64,000 bases of DNA, taken from an uncultured Pantoea sp. GTDB taxonomy: Bacteria > Pseudomonadota > Gammaproteobacteria > Enterobacterales > Enterobacteriaceae. Shown here piece by piece: positions 37,003 to 51,298 of this stretch. Position numbers and translations under genes: made by a program. Under the pieces are notes generated by a model, which saw nothing but the letters and a program-made list of their open reading frames with translations, ran no database searches and was not told where the DNA came from. The stretch spans positions 78,573 through 142,572 of the forward strand of contig CAJYKU010000018.1 in assembly GCA_913775175.1 (NCBI GenBank), in the 5' to 3' direction. Within the stretch, counting starts at the first letter, position 1, and each line of letters starts with the position of its first letter.

Positions 37003-38595
37003 GTGTTAGTTTCCAGCAATATCACTATGCAGTTCGGCAGCAAGCCGCTGTTTGAAAATATCTCCGTTAAGTTTGGTGGAGGTAACCGTTACGGTTTAAT
37101 CGGTGCAAACGGCAGCGGTAAATCGACCTTTATGAAAATATTGGGCGGCGATCTGATGCCAACCAATGGCAACGTTTCTCTCGATCCTAATGAGCGTATT
37201 GGTAAGCTCCGTCAGGATCAGTTTGCCTTTGAACAATATAGTGTGCTGGATACGGTCATTATGGGTCACCAGGAACTATGGGCCGTAAAAGAGGAACGTG
37301 ACCGTATATATGCGCTGCCGGAAATGAGTGAGGCAGAGGGATACAAGGTTGCCGATCTGGAAGTCGCTTATGGTGAAATGGATGGATATAGCGCCGAAGC
37401 GCGCGCAGGTGAATTATTGCTGGGCGTAGGGATCCCGGTTGAGCAGCATTACGGCCCGATGAGCGAAATCGCACCAGGCTGGAAATTGCGTGTGCTGCTG
37501 GCGCAGGCTCTTTTCTCCAATCCTGATATTCTGCTGCTTGATGAACCTACCAACAACCTGGATATTGATACTATTCGCTGGCTGGAGCAGGTGCTGAATG
37601 AGCGTAACAGCACCATGATCATCATTTCGCATGACCGGCACTTTTTAAATATGGTCTGCACTCATATGGCAGATCTTGATTATGGCGAGCTGCGGGTTTA
37701 TCCGGGTAATTATGATGAATATATGACCGCAGCGACACAGGCGCGCGAACGTCTGCTGGCTGATAACGCTAAAAAGAAAGCACAGATTGCGGATTTGCAA
37801 TCTTTTGTCAGCCGCTTTAGTGCTAACGCTTCAAAATCTCGCCAGGCAACATCCCGTGCGAAACAGATTGATAAGATCAAACTGGATGAAGTTAAAGCGT
37901 CAAGTCGCCAGAACCCTTATATCCGTTTCGAGCAGGATAAAAAGCTGTTCCGTAATGCACTGGAAGTTGAAGCCCTGACGAAAGGTTTCGATAATGGGCC
38001 ATTATTTAAGAACCTGAGTCTGATGCTGGAAGTGGGTGAAAAACTGGCTATTCTCGGGGCCAACGGTATTGGTAAATCGACCCTGCTGAAAACGCTGGTA
38101 GGCGAATTAGCACCAGAGAGTGGCAGCGTTAAATGGTCTGAGAATGCCCGAATCGGCTATTACGCACAGGATCATGCTGAAGATTTTGCCAACGATCTGA
38201 GCGTATTTGACTGGATGAGCCAGTGGAAACAGGATGGTGATGATGAACAGGCTGTCCGCAGCGTACTGGGTCGTTTGCTATTCAGCCACGATGATATTAA
38301 AAAGCCAGCCAGGGTTCTCTCTGGTGGAGAGAAGGGGCGTATGCTGTTTGGCAAGCTGATGATGCAGAAACCCAATATTCTGATTATGGATGAACCGACC
38401 AACCACCTGGATATGGAGTCGATCGAGTCACTGAATATGGCGCTGGAGATGTATGAAGGCACCCTGATCTTTGTGTCACATGACCGCGAATTTGTCAGCT
38501 CGCTGGCAACCCGTGTGATGGAGATGAAAAGCGATCGTATTGTTGACTTCACTGGCAACTACGAAGATTACCTGCGCAGTCAGGGTATTTCGTAA
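37003..38595 (+). CDS. ybiT: ABC-F family ATPase
   Basis: Two ABC domains without TMs; [42 protein letters not shown]. Confidence 0.95.
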   Translation: MLVSSNITMQFGSKPLFENISVKFGGGNRYGLIGANGSGKSTFMKILGGDLMPTNGNVSLDPNERIGKLRQDQFAFEQYSVLDTVIMGHQELWAVKEERDRIYALPEMSEAEGYKVADLEVAYGEMDGYSAEARAGELLLGVGIPVEQHYGPMSEIAPGWKLRVLLAQALFSNPDILLLDEPTNNLDIDTIRWLEQVLNERNSTMIIISHDRHFLNMVCTHMADLDYGELRVYPGNYDEYMTAATQARERLLADNAKKKAQIADLQSFVSRFSANASKSRQATSRAKQIDKIKLDEVKASSRQNPYIRFEQDKKLFRNALEVEALTKGFDNGPLFKNLSLMLEVGEKLAILGANGIGKSTLLKTLVGELAPESGSVKWSENARIGYYAQDHAEDFANDLSVFDWMSQWKQDGDDEQAVRSVLGRLLFSHDDIKKPARVLSGGEKGRMLFGKLMMQKPNILIMDEPTNHLDMESIESLNMALEMYEGTLIFVSHDREFVSSLATRVMEMKSDRIVDFTGNYEDYLRSQGIS

Positions 38596-38646
38596 GTCAG
38601 TCACGGCTCACCGTGTGACAGGCCGCCTGCGGGCGGCCTGTTGCGT

Positions 38647-39402
38647 TCAGGGCTTTCCGCAAACCTCGCAGTGCGCATCCGGCGCAACCTTCATACTACG
38701 AAACTCAGCACGCATTGCGTCATACATCAGCAGACGCGAACTGGCAGGCTCACCAAACGCTGTTAACACCTTAACTGTCTCCATCGCCTGCATAGCGCCG
38801 ATTACACCAACCAGCGGTGCCATCACGCCAGCCTCTACACAGCTCAGGCTCTGTTCACCAAACAACCGGCTGATACAGCGGTAGCAGGGCTCCCCGGGCT
38901 GCCAGGTAAAGACGCTGAGCTGTCCCTCCATACGGATCGCTGCGCCTGAGATCAGCGGCACTTTGTGTGTAAAGCAGAGGCGGTTAAGCTGCTCGCGCGT
39001 GGTCACATTATCGGTACAGTCTGCTACTGCATCATGGCGGGCAATCAGTGCGCTAAGCCCGGCATCATCTGCCTGCATATCGCAAATTTCCAGATTGCAG
39101 TGAGGATTGATTGCGGCCAGCTGCGCACAGGCAGAGGCGACTTTGGGCTGGCCAATAGTGGCATCACGATGCAGGATCTGGCGCTGCAGATTACTCAGAC
39201 TAACGGTATCGAAATCGAGCAATGTCAGATGACCTACACCTGCGGACGCGAGATAGGGTGCTGCGGCACATCCCAGCCCGCCTAAGCCAACAATCAGGAC
39301 GCGCGAGGCGGCAAGTTGCTCCTGACCGGCAAAGTCAAAGCCACGCAGCACAATCTGCCGATTGTAACGCAGCATCTCTTCATGGCTGAGCTCGCGCGTC
39401 AT
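38647..39402 (-). CDS. moeB: Molybdopterin-synthase adenylyltransferase
   Basis: LRYNRQI, GLGGLG, SNLQRQ, and CYRC / CEVC Zn motifs. Confidence 0.96.
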   Translation of the reverse strand: MTRELSHEEMLRYNRQIVLRGFDFAGQEQLAASRVLIVGLGGLGCAAAPYLASAGVGHLTLLDFDTVSLSNLQRQILHRDATIGQPKVASACAQLAAINPHCNLEICDMQADDAGLSALIARHDAVADCTDNVTTREQLNRLCFTHKVPLISGAAIRMEGQLSVFTWQPGEPCYRCISRLFGEQSLSCVEAGVMAPLVGVIGAMQAMETVKVLTAFGEPASSRLLMYDAMRAEFRSMKVAPDAHCEVCGKP

Positions 39403-40634
39403 TACGCCTCCAGCAGGCTGTTAAAGGGCTCAATCTCAACCCAGTCACCTGCCTCTACCGTGCCACGGTCGCGCTCCAGCACAATAAAACAGTCGGCAAG
39501 AGCAAAGGAGCTAAAAACGTGAGAGCCCTGCGCGCCGCTGCTGCGCACCGCCAGCATGCCATCGCTGTCACGACTCAGCACGCCGCGCTGGAAATCGAGA
39601 CGACCGGGTGACTTTTTCAGTCGCTCCAGCGCCCTGGCGCGCAGACGCGGTGGTAATACCGGCGTACTCTGACCGCTTAGTCTGGCCAGCAGCGGCTGAA
39701 CCAGCTGGTAAAATGTCACAGTGGCGGAAACCGGATTACCTGGCAGGCCGCAGAACCAGCTGGTTGCCAGTCGGCCAAAGGCAAAAGGCTTGCCGGGTTT
39801 AATCGCCAGCTTCCAGAAACTGATACTGCCCAGCTCCTCCAGCATCGCTTTGGTAAAATCTGCTTCGCCGACGGAGACACCCCCGGTGCTGATCACCACA
39901 TCTGCCTGGCTGTCTGCCATGATAAAGGCCTGGCGCAGCGCAGCCGGATCGTCAGCAATCACGCCCAGATCGATAACCTCACATCCCAGCTTGTGCAGCA
40001 TCAGCGAAACGGTCAGGCGGTTGGTATCGTAAATCTCCCCCTCTGCCAGCGTTTCGCCCGGCGCACGCAGCTCATCCCCGGTGGAAAAAATAGCGACCCG
40101 TAGTTTGCGGCGCACGGTTACCCGCGCAATGCCGAGCGAAGCGAGCAGCGGCAATCCGGCAGCGCCCAGGCGTACGCCAGCTGCCAGTACCTGATGTCCG
40201 GCCTGAATGTCTTCACCGATACGACGAATATTTTGTCCGGCACGCACCGGTGCATTAACCACAATACCGTTATCGTGCTGCGCGGTCTGCTCCTGCATAA
40301 CCACTGCGTCGCAGCCTGCAGGGATAGGCGCACCAGTCATAATGCGAATCGCGCTGCCTGCCGGCCAGTCACCGCTGAAGGGGACGCCGGCAAACGCTTT
40401 GCCAGCCACAGCCAGCGGCGTATCGGTAAGGTCACGCAGACGCACGGCATAGCCATCCATTGCAGAATTATCAAATGGCGGGACATTAAGAGGGGAAATT
40501 ACCGCTGCTGCGGTGATACGACCGGCGGCATCTGCAAGTGCAACCTCCTCGGTATCGGTGAGGGGATGCAGCTGCTGCAGCATCGCGTGTTGTGCCTCTT
40601 CAAGCGAAATCAGACCTGTAGTATTGGGTTCCAT
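39402..40634 (-). CDS. moeA: Molybdopterin molybdotransferase
   Basis: [43 protein letters not shown]. Confidence 0.96.
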   Translation of the reverse strand: MEPNTTGLISLEEAQHAMLQQLHPLTDTEEVALADAAGRITAAAVISPLNVPPFDNSAMDGYAVRLRDLTDTPLAVAGKAFAGVPFSGDWPAGSAIRIMTGAPIPAGCDAVVMQEQTAQHDNGIVVNAPVRAGQNIRRIGEDIQAGHQVLAAGVRLGAAGLPLLASLGIARVTVRRKLRVAIFSTGDELRAPGETLAEGEIYDTNRLTVSLMLHKLGCEVIDLGVIADDPAALRQAFIMADSQADVVISTGGVSVGEADFTKAMLEELGSISFWKLAIKPGKPFAFGRLATSWFCGLPGNPVSATVTFYQLVQPLLARLSGQSTPVLPPRLRARALERLKKSPGRLDFQRGVLSRDSDGMLAVRSSGAQGSHVFSSFALADCFIVLERDRGTVEAGDWVEIEPFNSLLEA

Positions 40635-40920
40635 ATCTCTCCCTGGCGAGCAAATGTCAGATGTTGCCTATTATGGGATAAGGCTCTGGCGTTAGGCCAG
40701 CCGAGTTTACGCCTGCCGCACAGATCGCGCGGCACAGAGCAGTGACCTGCCTGGCCTTTGGTAACAAAAAGGCATAATCCACAGCAAAAGGTTATGACAG
40801 CTCATGCACATTCTGCTTTACAAGCGGGTAGCTGCTTCCTATAGTCAAAAATTGTTCAGAATGATGTAACCCATTAAAAATCAGCGTTTTTGACACTGAT
40901 TATCCCGACAGGTAAAGGCC

Positions 40921-41871
40921 ATGGCGAAAGCGGTAATTGCGATCCACGGCGGCGCAGGTGCACTTTCCCGCGCCGCTATGAGTGCGGAGCGAGAGCAGCA
41001 CTATCGGCAGCAGCTGCATGAAATTGTAGCCGCTGGGCAGCAGATTCTGGCACAGGGCGGCAGCGCGCTGGATGCAGTGACCGATGCTGTACGGCGGCTG
41101 GAAGCCTGTCCGCTCTTTAATGCCGGACGCGGCGCAGTCTTTACCCATCAGGGTACACATGAACTGGATGCCAGCATTATGGATGGTCGTACGCTGCAGG
41201 CGGGCGCGGTGGCTGGTGTCTCAAATATTGAGCATCCCATACTCGCCGCCCGAAAAGTGCTGGAGATGAGTCCACATGTGCTGCTGATAAGCAGCGGAGC
41301 AGAAGCGTTTGCCGCCGAGCAGGGGCTGACCCCCGTCGCCGCTGACTTTTTTTTCACGCCGGAGCGCTGGGAGCAGTTGCTGCGTGTGCGGGACAGCGCA
41401 ACAACGCTGCTGGATCACGATGGTGCTGCCGAACCGCTGGATGCCGACCGTAAATTTGGCACGGTCGGTGCAGTAGCCTGTGATCTGCAGGGCAATCTCG
41501 CCGCTGCGACATCCACCGGCGGGATGACCAATAAACAGGCAGGACGCGTGGGGGATTCGCCCTTAATTGGTGCTGGCTGTTATGCCAGCAACGACAGCGC
41601 CGCCGTTTCCTGTACCGGCACTGGCGAAGTCTTTATGCGCACTCTGGCAGCCTATGATGTTGCCGCACAGATAAAATATGGTGGCCGTTCGCTGCAGCAG
41701 GCCACCGCCCGGGTAATCCACGATACGGTAACGGAGCTGGAGGGCAGCGGTGGCCTGATCGCTGTTGACGCACACGGCAATATTGCACTGCCGTTTAACA
41801 GTGAAGGGATGTATCGCGGTTTTGCCTATGTGGATGGTGCAGTTGAGGTGGCCATTTACCGCGAAAGCTAA
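40921..41871 (+). CDS. iaaA: Isoaspartyl peptidase / L-asparaginase (Ntn hydrolase)
   Basis: IAIHGGAG, GTVGAVA, AATSTGG, GRVGDSP, TGTGE. Confidence 0.95.
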   Translation: MAKAVIAIHGGAGALSRAAMSAEREQHYRQQLHEIVAAGQQILAQGGSALDAVTDAVRRLEACPLFNAGRGAVFTHQGTHELDASIMDGRTLQAGAVAGVSNIEHPILAARKVLEMSPHVLLISSGAEAFAAEQGLTPVAADFFFTPERWEQLLRVRDSATTLLDHDGAAEPLDADRKFGTVGAVACDLQGNLAAATSTGGMTNKQAGRVGDSPLIGAGCYASNDSAAVSCTGTGEVFMRTLAAYDVAAQIKYGGRSLQQATARVIHDTVTELEGSGGLIAVDAHGNIALPFNSEGMYRGFAYVDGAVEVAIYRES

Positions 41872-41880
41872 GGAGCAGGC

Positions 41881-43725
41881 ATGATGGATCAACAGCAGCA
41901 GGTGCTGGCGGTGCGCGATCTTTGCGTTAGCTTTCAGCATCAGGGCAGCCGAACCGATGCGGTACGTAATCTCTCTTTTGATCTGCAGCGCGGTGAGACA
42001 CTGGCGCTGGTTGGCGAATCTGGCTCAGGAAAATCGGTGACATCGCTGGCGCTGATGCGGCTGATTCAGCAGGCAGGCGGGGAGGTCAGCGGCAGCATCT
42101 ATCTGCGCCGCAGAAATGGTGAGGTGCTGGATGTAATGCACGCCTCTGCCAGCCAGATGCGGCAGGTACGCGGTGCTGATATGGCAATGATTTTTCAGGA
42201 GCCGATGACATCGCTGAATCCGGTGTTTACCGCAGGGGAGCAGATTGCAGAGTCAGTGCGGCTGCATCAGCAGCTGAGTCATCAGCAGGCGCGAGCGGAA
42301 GCGCGGCGCATGCTGGATCTGGTTCGTATTCCGGATGCCGGCAACATTATGACGCGCTATCCGCACCAGCTCTCCGGCGGTATGCGCCAGCGTGTCATGA
42401 TTGCTATGGCGCTCTCATGCCGGCCAGCGCTGCTGATTGCGGATGAACCTACCACAGCGCTCGACGTCACCATTCAGGCGCAGATCCTGCAACTGATCCG
42501 TGTATTGCAGAAAGAGATGCAGATGGGCGTGATCTTTATTACGCACGATATGGGTGTGGTGGCAGAGATGGCTGATCGGGTGCAGGTAATGTATCGCGGT
42601 GATGTTGTTGAGCAGGCACCGGTACAGCAGCTGTTTACCGCACCTGCTCAGCCCTATACCCGGTCACTGCTGGCTGCGGTGCCGCGCCTGGGTGCAATGA
42701 GCGGTCAGCCGCTGCCGGCAAAATTTCCTCTGCTGACGATGGATGGCCAGCAGGAGCAGCCCGCAATACCGCACGATACGGTGCGTCACGATGCGCCGCC
42801 AATCCTCCAGGTGCGCGATCTGGTTACACGGTTTGATCTGCGCAGCGGCATCTTTAATCGCGTCAGGCAGCGGGTTCATGCGGTGGAAAAGGTCAGCTTC
42901 GATCTGTATGCCGGTGAGACGCTGGCGCTGGTTGGCGAGTCAGGCTGTGGCAAAACCACCACTGGCCGTGCGCTACTGCAACTGGTAGCCAGTCAGGGAG
43001 GATCGATTACCTTTGACGGTCAGCGGATTGATACGCTGCGGGGGCCGGCAATGGCCGCGCTGCGCCGCAATATTCAGTTTATTTTCCAGGATCCCTGGGC
43101 ATCACTTGATCCGCGCCTCACCGTAGGCTTTTCAATCATGGAGCCGCTGCTGGTTCATGGCGTTATGAATCACGCACAGGCTGAGCAGCGTGTGGCCTGG
43201 CTGCTGGAGCGGGTAGGGCTGCTGGCAACTCATGCACAGCGCTATCCACACGAATTTTCTGGCGGGCAGCGTCAGCGCATCTGTATCGCGCGTGCGCTGG
43301 CACTGGATCCTAAAGTTGTTATTGCCGATGAGTCTGTCTCCGCACTTGATGTTTCGGTGCAGGCGCAAATCATCAATCTTATGCTTGACCTGCAGCGCGA
43401 AACCGGGGTTGCCTTTCTGTTTATTTCGCACGATATGGCAGTGGTCGAGCGTATCAGTCATCGCGTGGCGGTGATGTATCTGGGGCAGATTGTTGAGATT
43501 GGGCCTCGTCAGTCAGTGTTTGAGCAACCACGCCATCCCTACACCCGCAAGCTGATGGCAGCCGTGCCGGTTGCCGATCCGGCACACCGTCATCGCGAGC
43601 GGGCGCTGATGGTGGATGAAATTCCCAGTGCGGTACGTTTGCCGGGAGATGAGCCGGAAGTGGCACCGCTGCTGGAGGTGGCGCCGGGACACTTTGTTGC
43701 ACGTCACGCCATTAGCGGTGCATAG
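41881..43725 (+). CDS. gsiA: Glutathione ABC transporter ATP-binding protein
   Basis: Fused double ABC domain ([16 protein letters not shown]); follows iaaA. Confidence 0.92.
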   Translation: MMDQQQQVLAVRDLCVSFQHQGSRTDAVRNLSFDLQRGETLALVGESGSGKSVTSLALMRLIQQAGGEVSGSIYLRRRNGEVLDVMHASASQMRQVRGADMAMIFQEPMTSLNPVFTAGEQIAESVRLHQQLSHQQARAEARRMLDLVRIPDAGNIMTRYPHQLSGGMRQRVMIAMALSCRPALLIADEPTTALDVTIQAQILQLIRVLQKEMQMGVIFITHDMGVVAEMADRVQVMYRGDVVEQAPVQQLFTAPAQPYTRSLLAAVPRLGAMSGQPLPAKFPLLTMDGQQEQPAIPHDTVRHDAPPILQVRDLVTRFDLRSGIFNRVRQRVHAVEKVSFDLYAGETLALVGESGCGKTTTGRALLQLVASQGGSITFDGQRIDTLRGPAMAALRRNIQFIFQDPWASLDPRLTVGFSIMEPLLVHGVMNHAQAEQRVAWLLERVGLLATHAQRYPHEFSGGQRQRICIARALALDPKVVIADESVSALDVSVQAQIINLMLDLQRETGVAFLFISHDMAVVERISHRVAVMYLGQIVEIGPRQSVFEQPRHPYTRKLMAAVPVADPAHRHRERALMVDEIPSAVRLPGDEPEVAPLLEVAPGHFVARHAISGA

Positions 43726-43786
43726 CGATATCAGAGCGTCCTGAATCAGAGGCGCGTCAGACAGGGACCACAGGAGAACCACAATC

Positions 43787-45322
43787 ATGTCTCAGATTAT
43801 ACGTAACGGAATTATCACTGCCGGTGTGCTCAGTTCTGCACTGGCGCTGCCCGTATGGGCAGCCAAAGATGCAGTTATTGCAGTGGCGTCTTCATTTACC
43901 ACGCTGGATCCCTACGATGCCAACGATACGTTGTCGCAGGCGGTGGCTAAATCATTTTATCAGGGGTTATTCAGCTTCGATAAAGAGATGAAACTGGTGA
44001 ATGTGCTGGCTGAAAGTTATCAGGCCAGCAGCGATGGACTGATTTATACCATTAAGCTGCGCCCTAATGTTAAATTCCAGGATGGCAGCGAGTTTAATGC
44101 TGCGGCGGTAAAAGTGAATCTTGATCGCGCCAGCAACCCGGATAATCACCTCAAACGCTATAACCTGTTTAAATATATCGCGACAACAGAAGTGGTTGAT
44201 CCTCTTACGGTAAAGATCACGCTTAAGCAGCCATTCTCAGCATTTATCAACAATCTTGCGCATCCGGCAGCGGCCATGATCTCACCTGCTGCGCTGAAAA
44301 AATATGGCAAAGAGATCGGTTTCCATCCGGTAGGTACTGGCCCTTATCAGTTTGAGACCTGGAATCAGACCGACTTTGTTAAAGTGAAAAAATGGCCGGG
44401 TTACTGGAAACCGGGTTATCCAAAACTGGATAGCATCACCTGGCGTCCGGTGGTCGATAACAATACCCGCGCCGCTATGTTACAGACAGGAGAAGCGACC
44501 TTTGCCTTTCCGATACCATTTGAGCAGGCCAGTCGCCTTAAAGCCAACAGCAAGCTTGATGTGGTGACCACACCCTCAATTATGCAGCGCTATATCAGCC
44601 TGAATGTCACGCAAAAGCCATTTGATAATCCAAAAGTACGCGAAGCGCTGGAGTATGCAATTAATCGTCAGGCGCTGGCAAAAGTTGCGTTTGCAGGCTA
44701 TGCCACACCTGCAACCGGCATTGTGCCGCCATCGATTGATTTTGCTCAATCTTATCCGGCCATTCCTTACGATCCGGCAAAAGCGCGTACGTTGCTGAAA
44801 GAGGCGGGTTATCCCAACGGTTTTGAAACCACGCTCTGGTCGTCACATAACCACAGTACTGCGCAGAAAGTATTGCAGTTTACTCAGCAGCAGCTGGCGC
44901 AGGTGGGTATTAAAGTAAACGTTACCGCGATGGACGCCGGACAACGTGCAGCTGAGGTGGAAAGCAAAGCGCAAAAAGAGAGCGGAGTCAGGATGTTCTA
45001 CACCGGCTGGTCCGCCTCAACCGGTGAAGCTGACTGGGCTCTGACGCCGCTGTTTGCGACCAGCTCATGGCCACCAGCCATTTTCAACACAGCTTTCTAC
45101 AGCAATCCACAGGTCGATGCTGATTTGGCTGCTTCGCTGAAAACCACCGATCGGGCACAAAAAGCGCAACATTATAAAGATGCCCAGGATCGCATCTGGA
45201 ACGATCATCCGTGGATCCCGCTGGTAGTGGAACAGCTGCTCTCTGCCAACAGTAAAAATCTCAGCGGCTTCTATGTCATGCCAGATACCTCGTTTAATTT
45301 TGACGAAGCGGATCTGAAATAA
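43787..45322 (+). CDS. gsiB: Glutathione ABC transporter substrate-binding protein
   Basis: [26 protein letters not shown]; family-5 substrate-binding protein. Confidence 0.94.
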   Translation: MSQIIRNGIITAGVLSSALALPVWAAKDAVIAVASSFTTLDPYDANDTLSQAVAKSFYQGLFSFDKEMKLVNVLAESYQASSDGLIYTIKLRPNVKFQDGSEFNAAAVKVNLDRASNPDNHLKRYNLFKYIATTEVVDPLTVKITLKQPFSAFINNLAHPAAAMISPAALKKYGKEIGFHPVGTGPYQFETWNQTDFVKVKKWPGYWKPGYPKLDSITWRPVVDNNTRAAMLQTGEATFAFPIPFEQASRLKANSKLDVVTTPSIMQRYISLNVTQKPFDNPKVREALEYAINRQALAKVAFAGYATPATGIVPPSIDFAQSYPAIPYDPAKARTLLKEAGYPNGFETTLWSSHNHSTAQKVLQFTQQQLAQVGIKVNVTAMDAGQRAAEVESKAQKESGVRMFYTGWSASTGEADWALTPLFATSSWPPAIFNTAFYSNPQVDADLAASLKTTDRAQKAQHYKDAQDRIWNDHPWIPLVVEQLLSANSKNLSGFYVMPDTSFNFDEADLK

Positions 45323-45370
45323 CCGGACTGGTCAGCGTATATCGCTGACCAGTGCTGCACAGGATGTTGC

Positions 45371-46291
45371 ATGCTCAACTATTTTCTCAAACGGCTGCTG
45401 GGGCTCTTTCCCACACTACTGATTGTGGCCGTGCTGGTATTTCTGTTTGTACATCTGCTACCCGGCGATCCGGCACGTCTGATTGCCGGACCGGAGGCAG
45501 ATGCATCAGTGATCGCGCTGGTGCGCAGTGAGCTTGGTCTTGATCGCCCAATGATTCAGCAGTTCTGGCACTTTATCTTCAATGCCATACAGGGCGACTA
45601 TGGTCAGTCGATGGTATCAAAACGTCCGGTAGCAGAGGAGATTGCAACGCGCTTCTGGCCGACGCTGTGGCTGACGCTGGCCAGTATGCTGTGGGCAGTA
45701 GTGGCTGGTATGGCTCTGGGGATTGTCTCTGCTGTCTGGCGCAACCGCTGGCCCGACCGCCTGGGTATGACGCTGGCGGTATCAGGGATCTCTTTTCCGG
45801 CTTTTGCGCTGGGTATGCTGCTGATGCAGCTCTTTTCTGTTGAGCTGGGCTGGCTGCCAACTGTAGGCGCGGATAGCTGGCAGCACTATATTCTGCCCTC
45901 GGTCACGCTGGGCGCTGGTGTGGCTGCTGTTATGGCACGCTTTACCCGTGCCTCCTTTGCAGAGGTTCTGCATGAGGATTATATGCGTACCGCGCGCGCC
46001 AAAGGGGTACGCGAAACCCGGGTGGTACTTAAGCATGGCCTGCGCAACGCGATGATCCCGGTTGTCACCATGATGGGACTGCAGTTTGGTTTCCTGCTGG
46101 GCGGATCCATTGTGGTGGAGGTGGTGTTTAACTGGCCAGGGCTGGGCCGGCTGCTGGTGGATTCAGTGGCGATGCGTGACTATCCGGTTATTCAGGCCGA
46201 GGTACTGCTGTTCTCACTGGAATTTATTCTGATCAATCTGATTGTTGACCTGCTCTATGCGGCAATCAATCCGGCTATTCGCTACAAATAA
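45371..46291 (+). CDS. gsiC: Glutathione ABC transporter permease
   Basis: [29 protein letters not shown]. Confidence 0.93.
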   Translation: MLNYFLKRLLGLFPTLLIVAVLVFLFVHLLPGDPARLIAGPEADASVIALVRSELGLDRPMIQQFWHFIFNAIQGDYGQSMVSKRPVAEEIATRFWPTLWLTLASMLWAVVAGMALGIVSAVWRNRWPDRLGMTLAVSGISFPAFALGMLLMQLFSVELGWLPTVGADSWQHYILPSVTLGAGVAAVMARFTRASFAEVLHEDYMRTARAKGVRETRVVLKHGLRNAMIPVVTMMGLQFGFLLGGSIVVEVVFNWPGLGRLLVDSVAMRDYPVIQAEVLLFSLEFILINLIVDLLYAAINPAIRYK

Positions 46292-46301
46292 GGAGTCGCA
46301 A

Positions 46302-47207
46302 TTGAACAACTGGCGACGCAATGCGGTACTGAAAAGTCTGCCGCTTATCAGGGAAAATCAGGTACGCACGCCGTGGCGCGAATTCTGGCGTCGCTTTCGT
46401 CATCAGCATGTGGCGCTACTGGCTGGCAGTTTTGTGCTGTTGCTGGTACTGGTGGCGTTTATTGCACCGTGGATCGCGCCGTTTGATGCGGAAAACTATT
46501 TTGATTATGACCGTCTGAACGAGGGGCCATCATGGATGCATCTGTTTGGCGTAGATTCACTCGGCCGGGACATTTTTAGTCGGGTTGTGGCAGGTACGCG
46601 TGTTTCGCTGATTGCTGGCTTTTTCTCTGTGATAATAGGTGCAGCTATTGGCACGCTGCTTGGACTGCTGGCGGGCTACTATGAGGGATGGTGGGATCGT
46701 GTGATTATGCGCATCTGCGATGTGCTGTTTGCCTTTCCTGGCATATTGCTGGCTATCGCAGTGGTGGCGATTATGGGAAGCGGCATGAGTAATGTCATTG
46801 TGGCCGTCGCCATTTTTAGTATTCCTGCCTTTGCGCGTCTGGTGCGGGGTAATACGCTGGTGTTAAAACAGCAGGCCTATATTGAGTCTGCGCGCAGTAT
46901 CGGTGCCTCAGACCGGACCATTATTATGCGGCATATTCTGCCCGGTACAGTGTCGTCGATTGTCGTCTATTTCACCATGCGCATCGGCACCTCGATTATT
47001 ACCGCTGCCAGTCTCTCTTTCCTCGGTCTCGGTGCCCAGCCTCCCACACCAGAGTGGGGCGCAATGCTGAATGAAGCACGTGCGGATATGGTTATCGCAC
47101 CTCATGTTGCGATCTTTCCCAGTCTGGCTATCTTCCTGACCGTGCTGGCATTTAATTTACTGGGTGATGGGCTTCGCGATGCGCTGGACCCCAGGTTAAA
47201 AGAGTGA
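46302..47207 (+). CDS. gsiD: Glutathione ABC transporter permease (probable TTG start)
   Basis: AAGGAG then TTG at 46302; [30 protein letters not shown]. Confidence 0.9.
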   Translation: MNNWRRNAVLKSLPLIRENQVRTPWREFWRRFRHQHVALLAGSFVLLLVLVAFIAPWIAPFDAENYFDYDRLNEGPSWMHLFGVDSLGRDIFSRVVAGTRVSLIAGFFSVIIGAAIGTLLGLLAGYYEGWWDRVIMRICDVLFAFPGILLAIAVVAIMGSGMSNVIVAVAIFSIPAFARLVRGNTLVLKQQAYIESARSIGASDRTIIMRHILPGTVSSIVVYFTMRIGTSIITAASLSFLGLGAQPPTPEWGAMLNEARADMVIAPHVAIFPSLAIFLTVLAFNLLGDGLRDALDPRLKE

Positions 47208-47262
47208 ACCAGCGTGCACAGAGATGTGCTGTTCGCTGACATCGGGAATATTTTCCGCTTAC

Positions 47263-47297
47263 AGACCAGCAGAGCTGCCTCTGCTGGTCTATTTTTA
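47263..47297 (+). terminator. Terminator after gsiD
   Basis: AGACCAGCAGAG-CTGC-CTCTGCTGGTCT followed by ATTTTT. Confidence 0.75.
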
Positions 47298-47331
47298 TCC
47301 TTAGCGGACTAATATTTACCGGAGCAGATCA

Positions 47332-47777
47332 ATGCCACCCTTTGACTATCAGCAGGATTATAAAAAACTCGATCTGCGCCAGCACCCTGAGCTCTATCGG
47401 GTAGGGCGCGGCGAACAGGGCGTACTGATGGTTGAGCCATACAAAAGCGAGATTTTGCCGTACTGGCGCTTTCGCACGGTGGAGATTGCTAAGGAGTCAT
47501 CTGAAAAAATCATGCAGCTGTTTGAGGCTTATCGCGAAAAAGATGATTTTGTCGGTATGGATATGGCGCGAAAATTTATTCAGATGGGCTATACCCGCGC
47601 CCGGCGCTATAGCAATCATCAGGGCGGGCGCAAATATGATGCTGCCGGCAAAGAGTTGCCACGTACGGTTGAAAAAGAGAAGGCTGCTGCTGCAGCCATC
47701 TTTAAAGCGTGCTGGGACAAATTACGCGCCGATGAAGATTATCTGACGCGTAAAAAAGCCCACCAGCAGAAGTATGG

Positions 47778-47781
<4 letters not shown>
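47332..47781 (+). CDS. DUF4385-family protein
   Basis: [51 protein letters not shown]. Confidence 0.8.
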
Positions 47782-49103
<1,322 letters not shown>

Positions 49104-49419
49104 AAGGATAAAAATTCATCATAATTAGTATGGACAGGAGCGCGATTGTACAGAGGTTGCAACGGAAAATGTATCACTTACGTAATAATCTGCCCGCCGA
49201 TAATTTATCGCTATAGCGCTATGCTTAGAAAGCGCTGCCTGGATGGTAAGGGCAGATGGAAAGTCGGATCAGTCTGCTTTGGCTTGTGAAGCTGCGGTGA
49301 TTTTGCTTGAATGGCAGGCTGTTGAAGATAACGTATTCTCAACGCTACAGAATTTTAACCCCTGTGCTGGTAGGTGTTGTGCAACCAGAGCAGCAGTGCA
49401 TAAGAGTGAGAGCAGACAG

Positions 49420-50055
49420 ATGCAAGATATCGTAAAAGGTTTTCTGAATTTCCAACAGAATGTATTTCCTGACCGGAAAGATCTTTTCAAGAGCCTGGCG
49501 TCCAACCAGAACCCTAAAGCGCTGTTTATCTCCTGCTCAGACAGCCGTCTGGTGCCAGAGCTGGTAACCCAGCAGGAGCCAGGCCAGCTGTTTGTTATTC
49601 GTAACGCGGGTAATATTGTTCCGCCATTCGGCCCGGAGCCTGGCGGCGTCTCTGCGACAATTGAGTATGCTGTACTGGCGCTGGGTGTGACCGATATTAT
49701 TATTTGCGGCCACTCAAACTGTGGTGCAATGAATGCGATTGCTTCAAATGCCAATCTGGAGAGTATGCCAGCAGTTGACCACTGGCTGCACTATGCCAAT
49801 GCGGCAAAATCGGTGGTGGATGAGCGTAATTATGATTCAGTAGAAGTGCGTCTTAACGAGATGGTAAAAGAGAACGTGATTGCCCAGCTGAATAATATCA
49901 AAACTCATCCTTCAGTCTCTGTTGCGCTGCGTAAAGGCAATCTGCGTCTGCATGGCTGGGTCTACGATATTGAATCAGGCAAAATTAATGCACTGACCAA
50001 AGGTGGCGCAGAGTTTATCTCGCTGTCTGATAATCCGGAAACCTGCTTCGAGTAA
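49420..50055 (+). CDS. Beta-class carbonic anhydrase (CynT-like)
   Basis: CSDSR, RNAGN and GHSNCG Zn ligands; start MQDIVKGF. Confidence 0.93.
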   Translation: MQDIVKGFLNFQQNVFPDRKDLFKSLASNQNPKALFISCSDSRLVPELVTQQEPGQLFVIRNAGNIVPPFGPEPGGVSATIEYAVLALGVTDIIICGHSNCGAMNAIASNANLESMPAVDHWLHYANAAKSVVDERNYDSVEVRLNEMVKENVIAQLNNIKTHPSVSVALRKGNLRLHGWVYDIESGKINALTKGGAEFISLSDNPETCFE

Positions 50056-50164
50056 TCCTGGCAGCCCGGCTCGATCTGGCCGGGGCTTAATGTTTTGTAA
50101 ATCTTACCGGCTCCCGGGCTTACGCTGTCTACCCTTAATGACAGAGTGAAAACAGGAGCTTTCT

Positions 50165-51298
50165 ATGTCTATATGGCGGGTAGCGCTGGTTTGTGGTGCG
50201 CTAAGCACATCTGCTGTCACGCTGGCAGCGGAAACTGAAGTGCAGGTTCTGCAGGATAATCTCTCCCATCCCTGGGCAGTGGCTTTTCTGCCCGATAACC
50301 AGACTCTGCTGATTACCGAACGCAGCGGTCAGCTACGCAGCTGGCGGCCTGAAAGCGGCCTGTCGCAACCGATTCAAGGTGTACCCGAGGTAGATGCGGA
50401 ACGACAGGGCGGTCTGCTGGATGTCGTGCTGGCACCTGATTTCGCTCAAAGTCGCCGCGTCTGGTTAAGCTATACCACACTTGATACTCGCGGACAGGCT
50501 GGTGGTATGGTGGGTTATGGTCAGCTTAGTGCGGATAACCAGCAGCTTACAGATTTCCGGGTAGTACTGGAGCAGACGCCAAAACTCTCCAGTGGCGCAA
50601 ACCTCGGGATTCGGATGGCGTTTGATCAGCAGGGTTTTCTCTATATCTCCTTTGGCGATAACTTTGTCAGCAGCAGCGCGCAGCAGCTGGACAAACTCTC
50701 CGGCAAAATCATTCGCCTGACGCAGGATGGGACTATTCCATCAGATAATCCTTTTATCCGGCACTCGGGTGCACGGCCAGAGATCTGGAGCTACGGCGTG
50801 CGTAACCCACAGGGTCTGGCGCTCAATCCCTGGACACAGCAGATGTGGGAAAGTGAACATGGTCCACGCGGCGGTGATGAGATTAATCTGCTGCAGAAAG
50901 GCCATAACTACGGCTGGCCGCTGGCAACCTATGGTATCGATTACAGCGGGAAGCCAGTTCCGGAAGCCAAAGGTACGCAGGTTGCAGGCACTGACCAGCC
51001 GCTGTTCTGGTGGAAAGTCTCCCCCGCGGTCAGCGGCATGGCCTTCTATAACAGCTCCCGTTTTCCGCAATGGAAAAATTCACTGTTTATCGGGGCACTG
51101 AAAGAGAAAAGTCTGATCCGACTCAGCGTAGAAGGCACGCGCGTCACAGAACAGCAGCGCCTGCTGACAGCACGCGGCGAACGCATTCGCGATGTGCGTC
51201 TTGGACCAGATGGCTGGCTCTATGTGCTAACCGATGAGGCGCGCGGTAAGCTGCTCAGGGTGGGATTAGCTCATGAGGCCACCGCTTCCCGTGATTAA
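50165..51298 (+). CDS. yliI: PQQ-dependent aldose sugar dehydrogenase
   Basis: Signal peptide, HPWAVAFLPD, QGGLLDV, GVRNPQG, EHGPRGGDEIN, RIRDV. Confidence 0.92.
   Translation: MSIWRVALVCGALSTSAVTLAAETEVQVLQDNLSHPWAVAFLPDNQTLLITERSGQLRSWRPESGLSQPIQGVPEVDAERQGGLLDVVLAPDFAQSRRVWLSYTTLDTRGQAGGMVGYGQLSADNQQLTDFRVVLEQTPKLSSGANLGIRMAFDQQGFLYISFGDNFVSSSAQQLDKLSGKIIRLTQDGTIPSDNPFIRHSGARPEIWSYGVRNPQGLALNPWTQQMWESEHGPRGGDEINLLQKGHNYGWPLATYGIDYSGKPVPEAKGTQVAGTDQPLFWWKVSPAVSGMAFYNSSRFPQWKNSLFIGALKEKSLIRLSVEGTRVTEQQRLLTARGERIRDVRLGPDGWLYVLTDEARGKLLRVGLAHEATASRD

Noticed and set aside
38619-38642. CCGCCTGCGGGCGG core shared with the hairpin at 60582, as a possible REP family
   Set aside because: Both are ordinary GC-rich terminator hairpins with different flanks.
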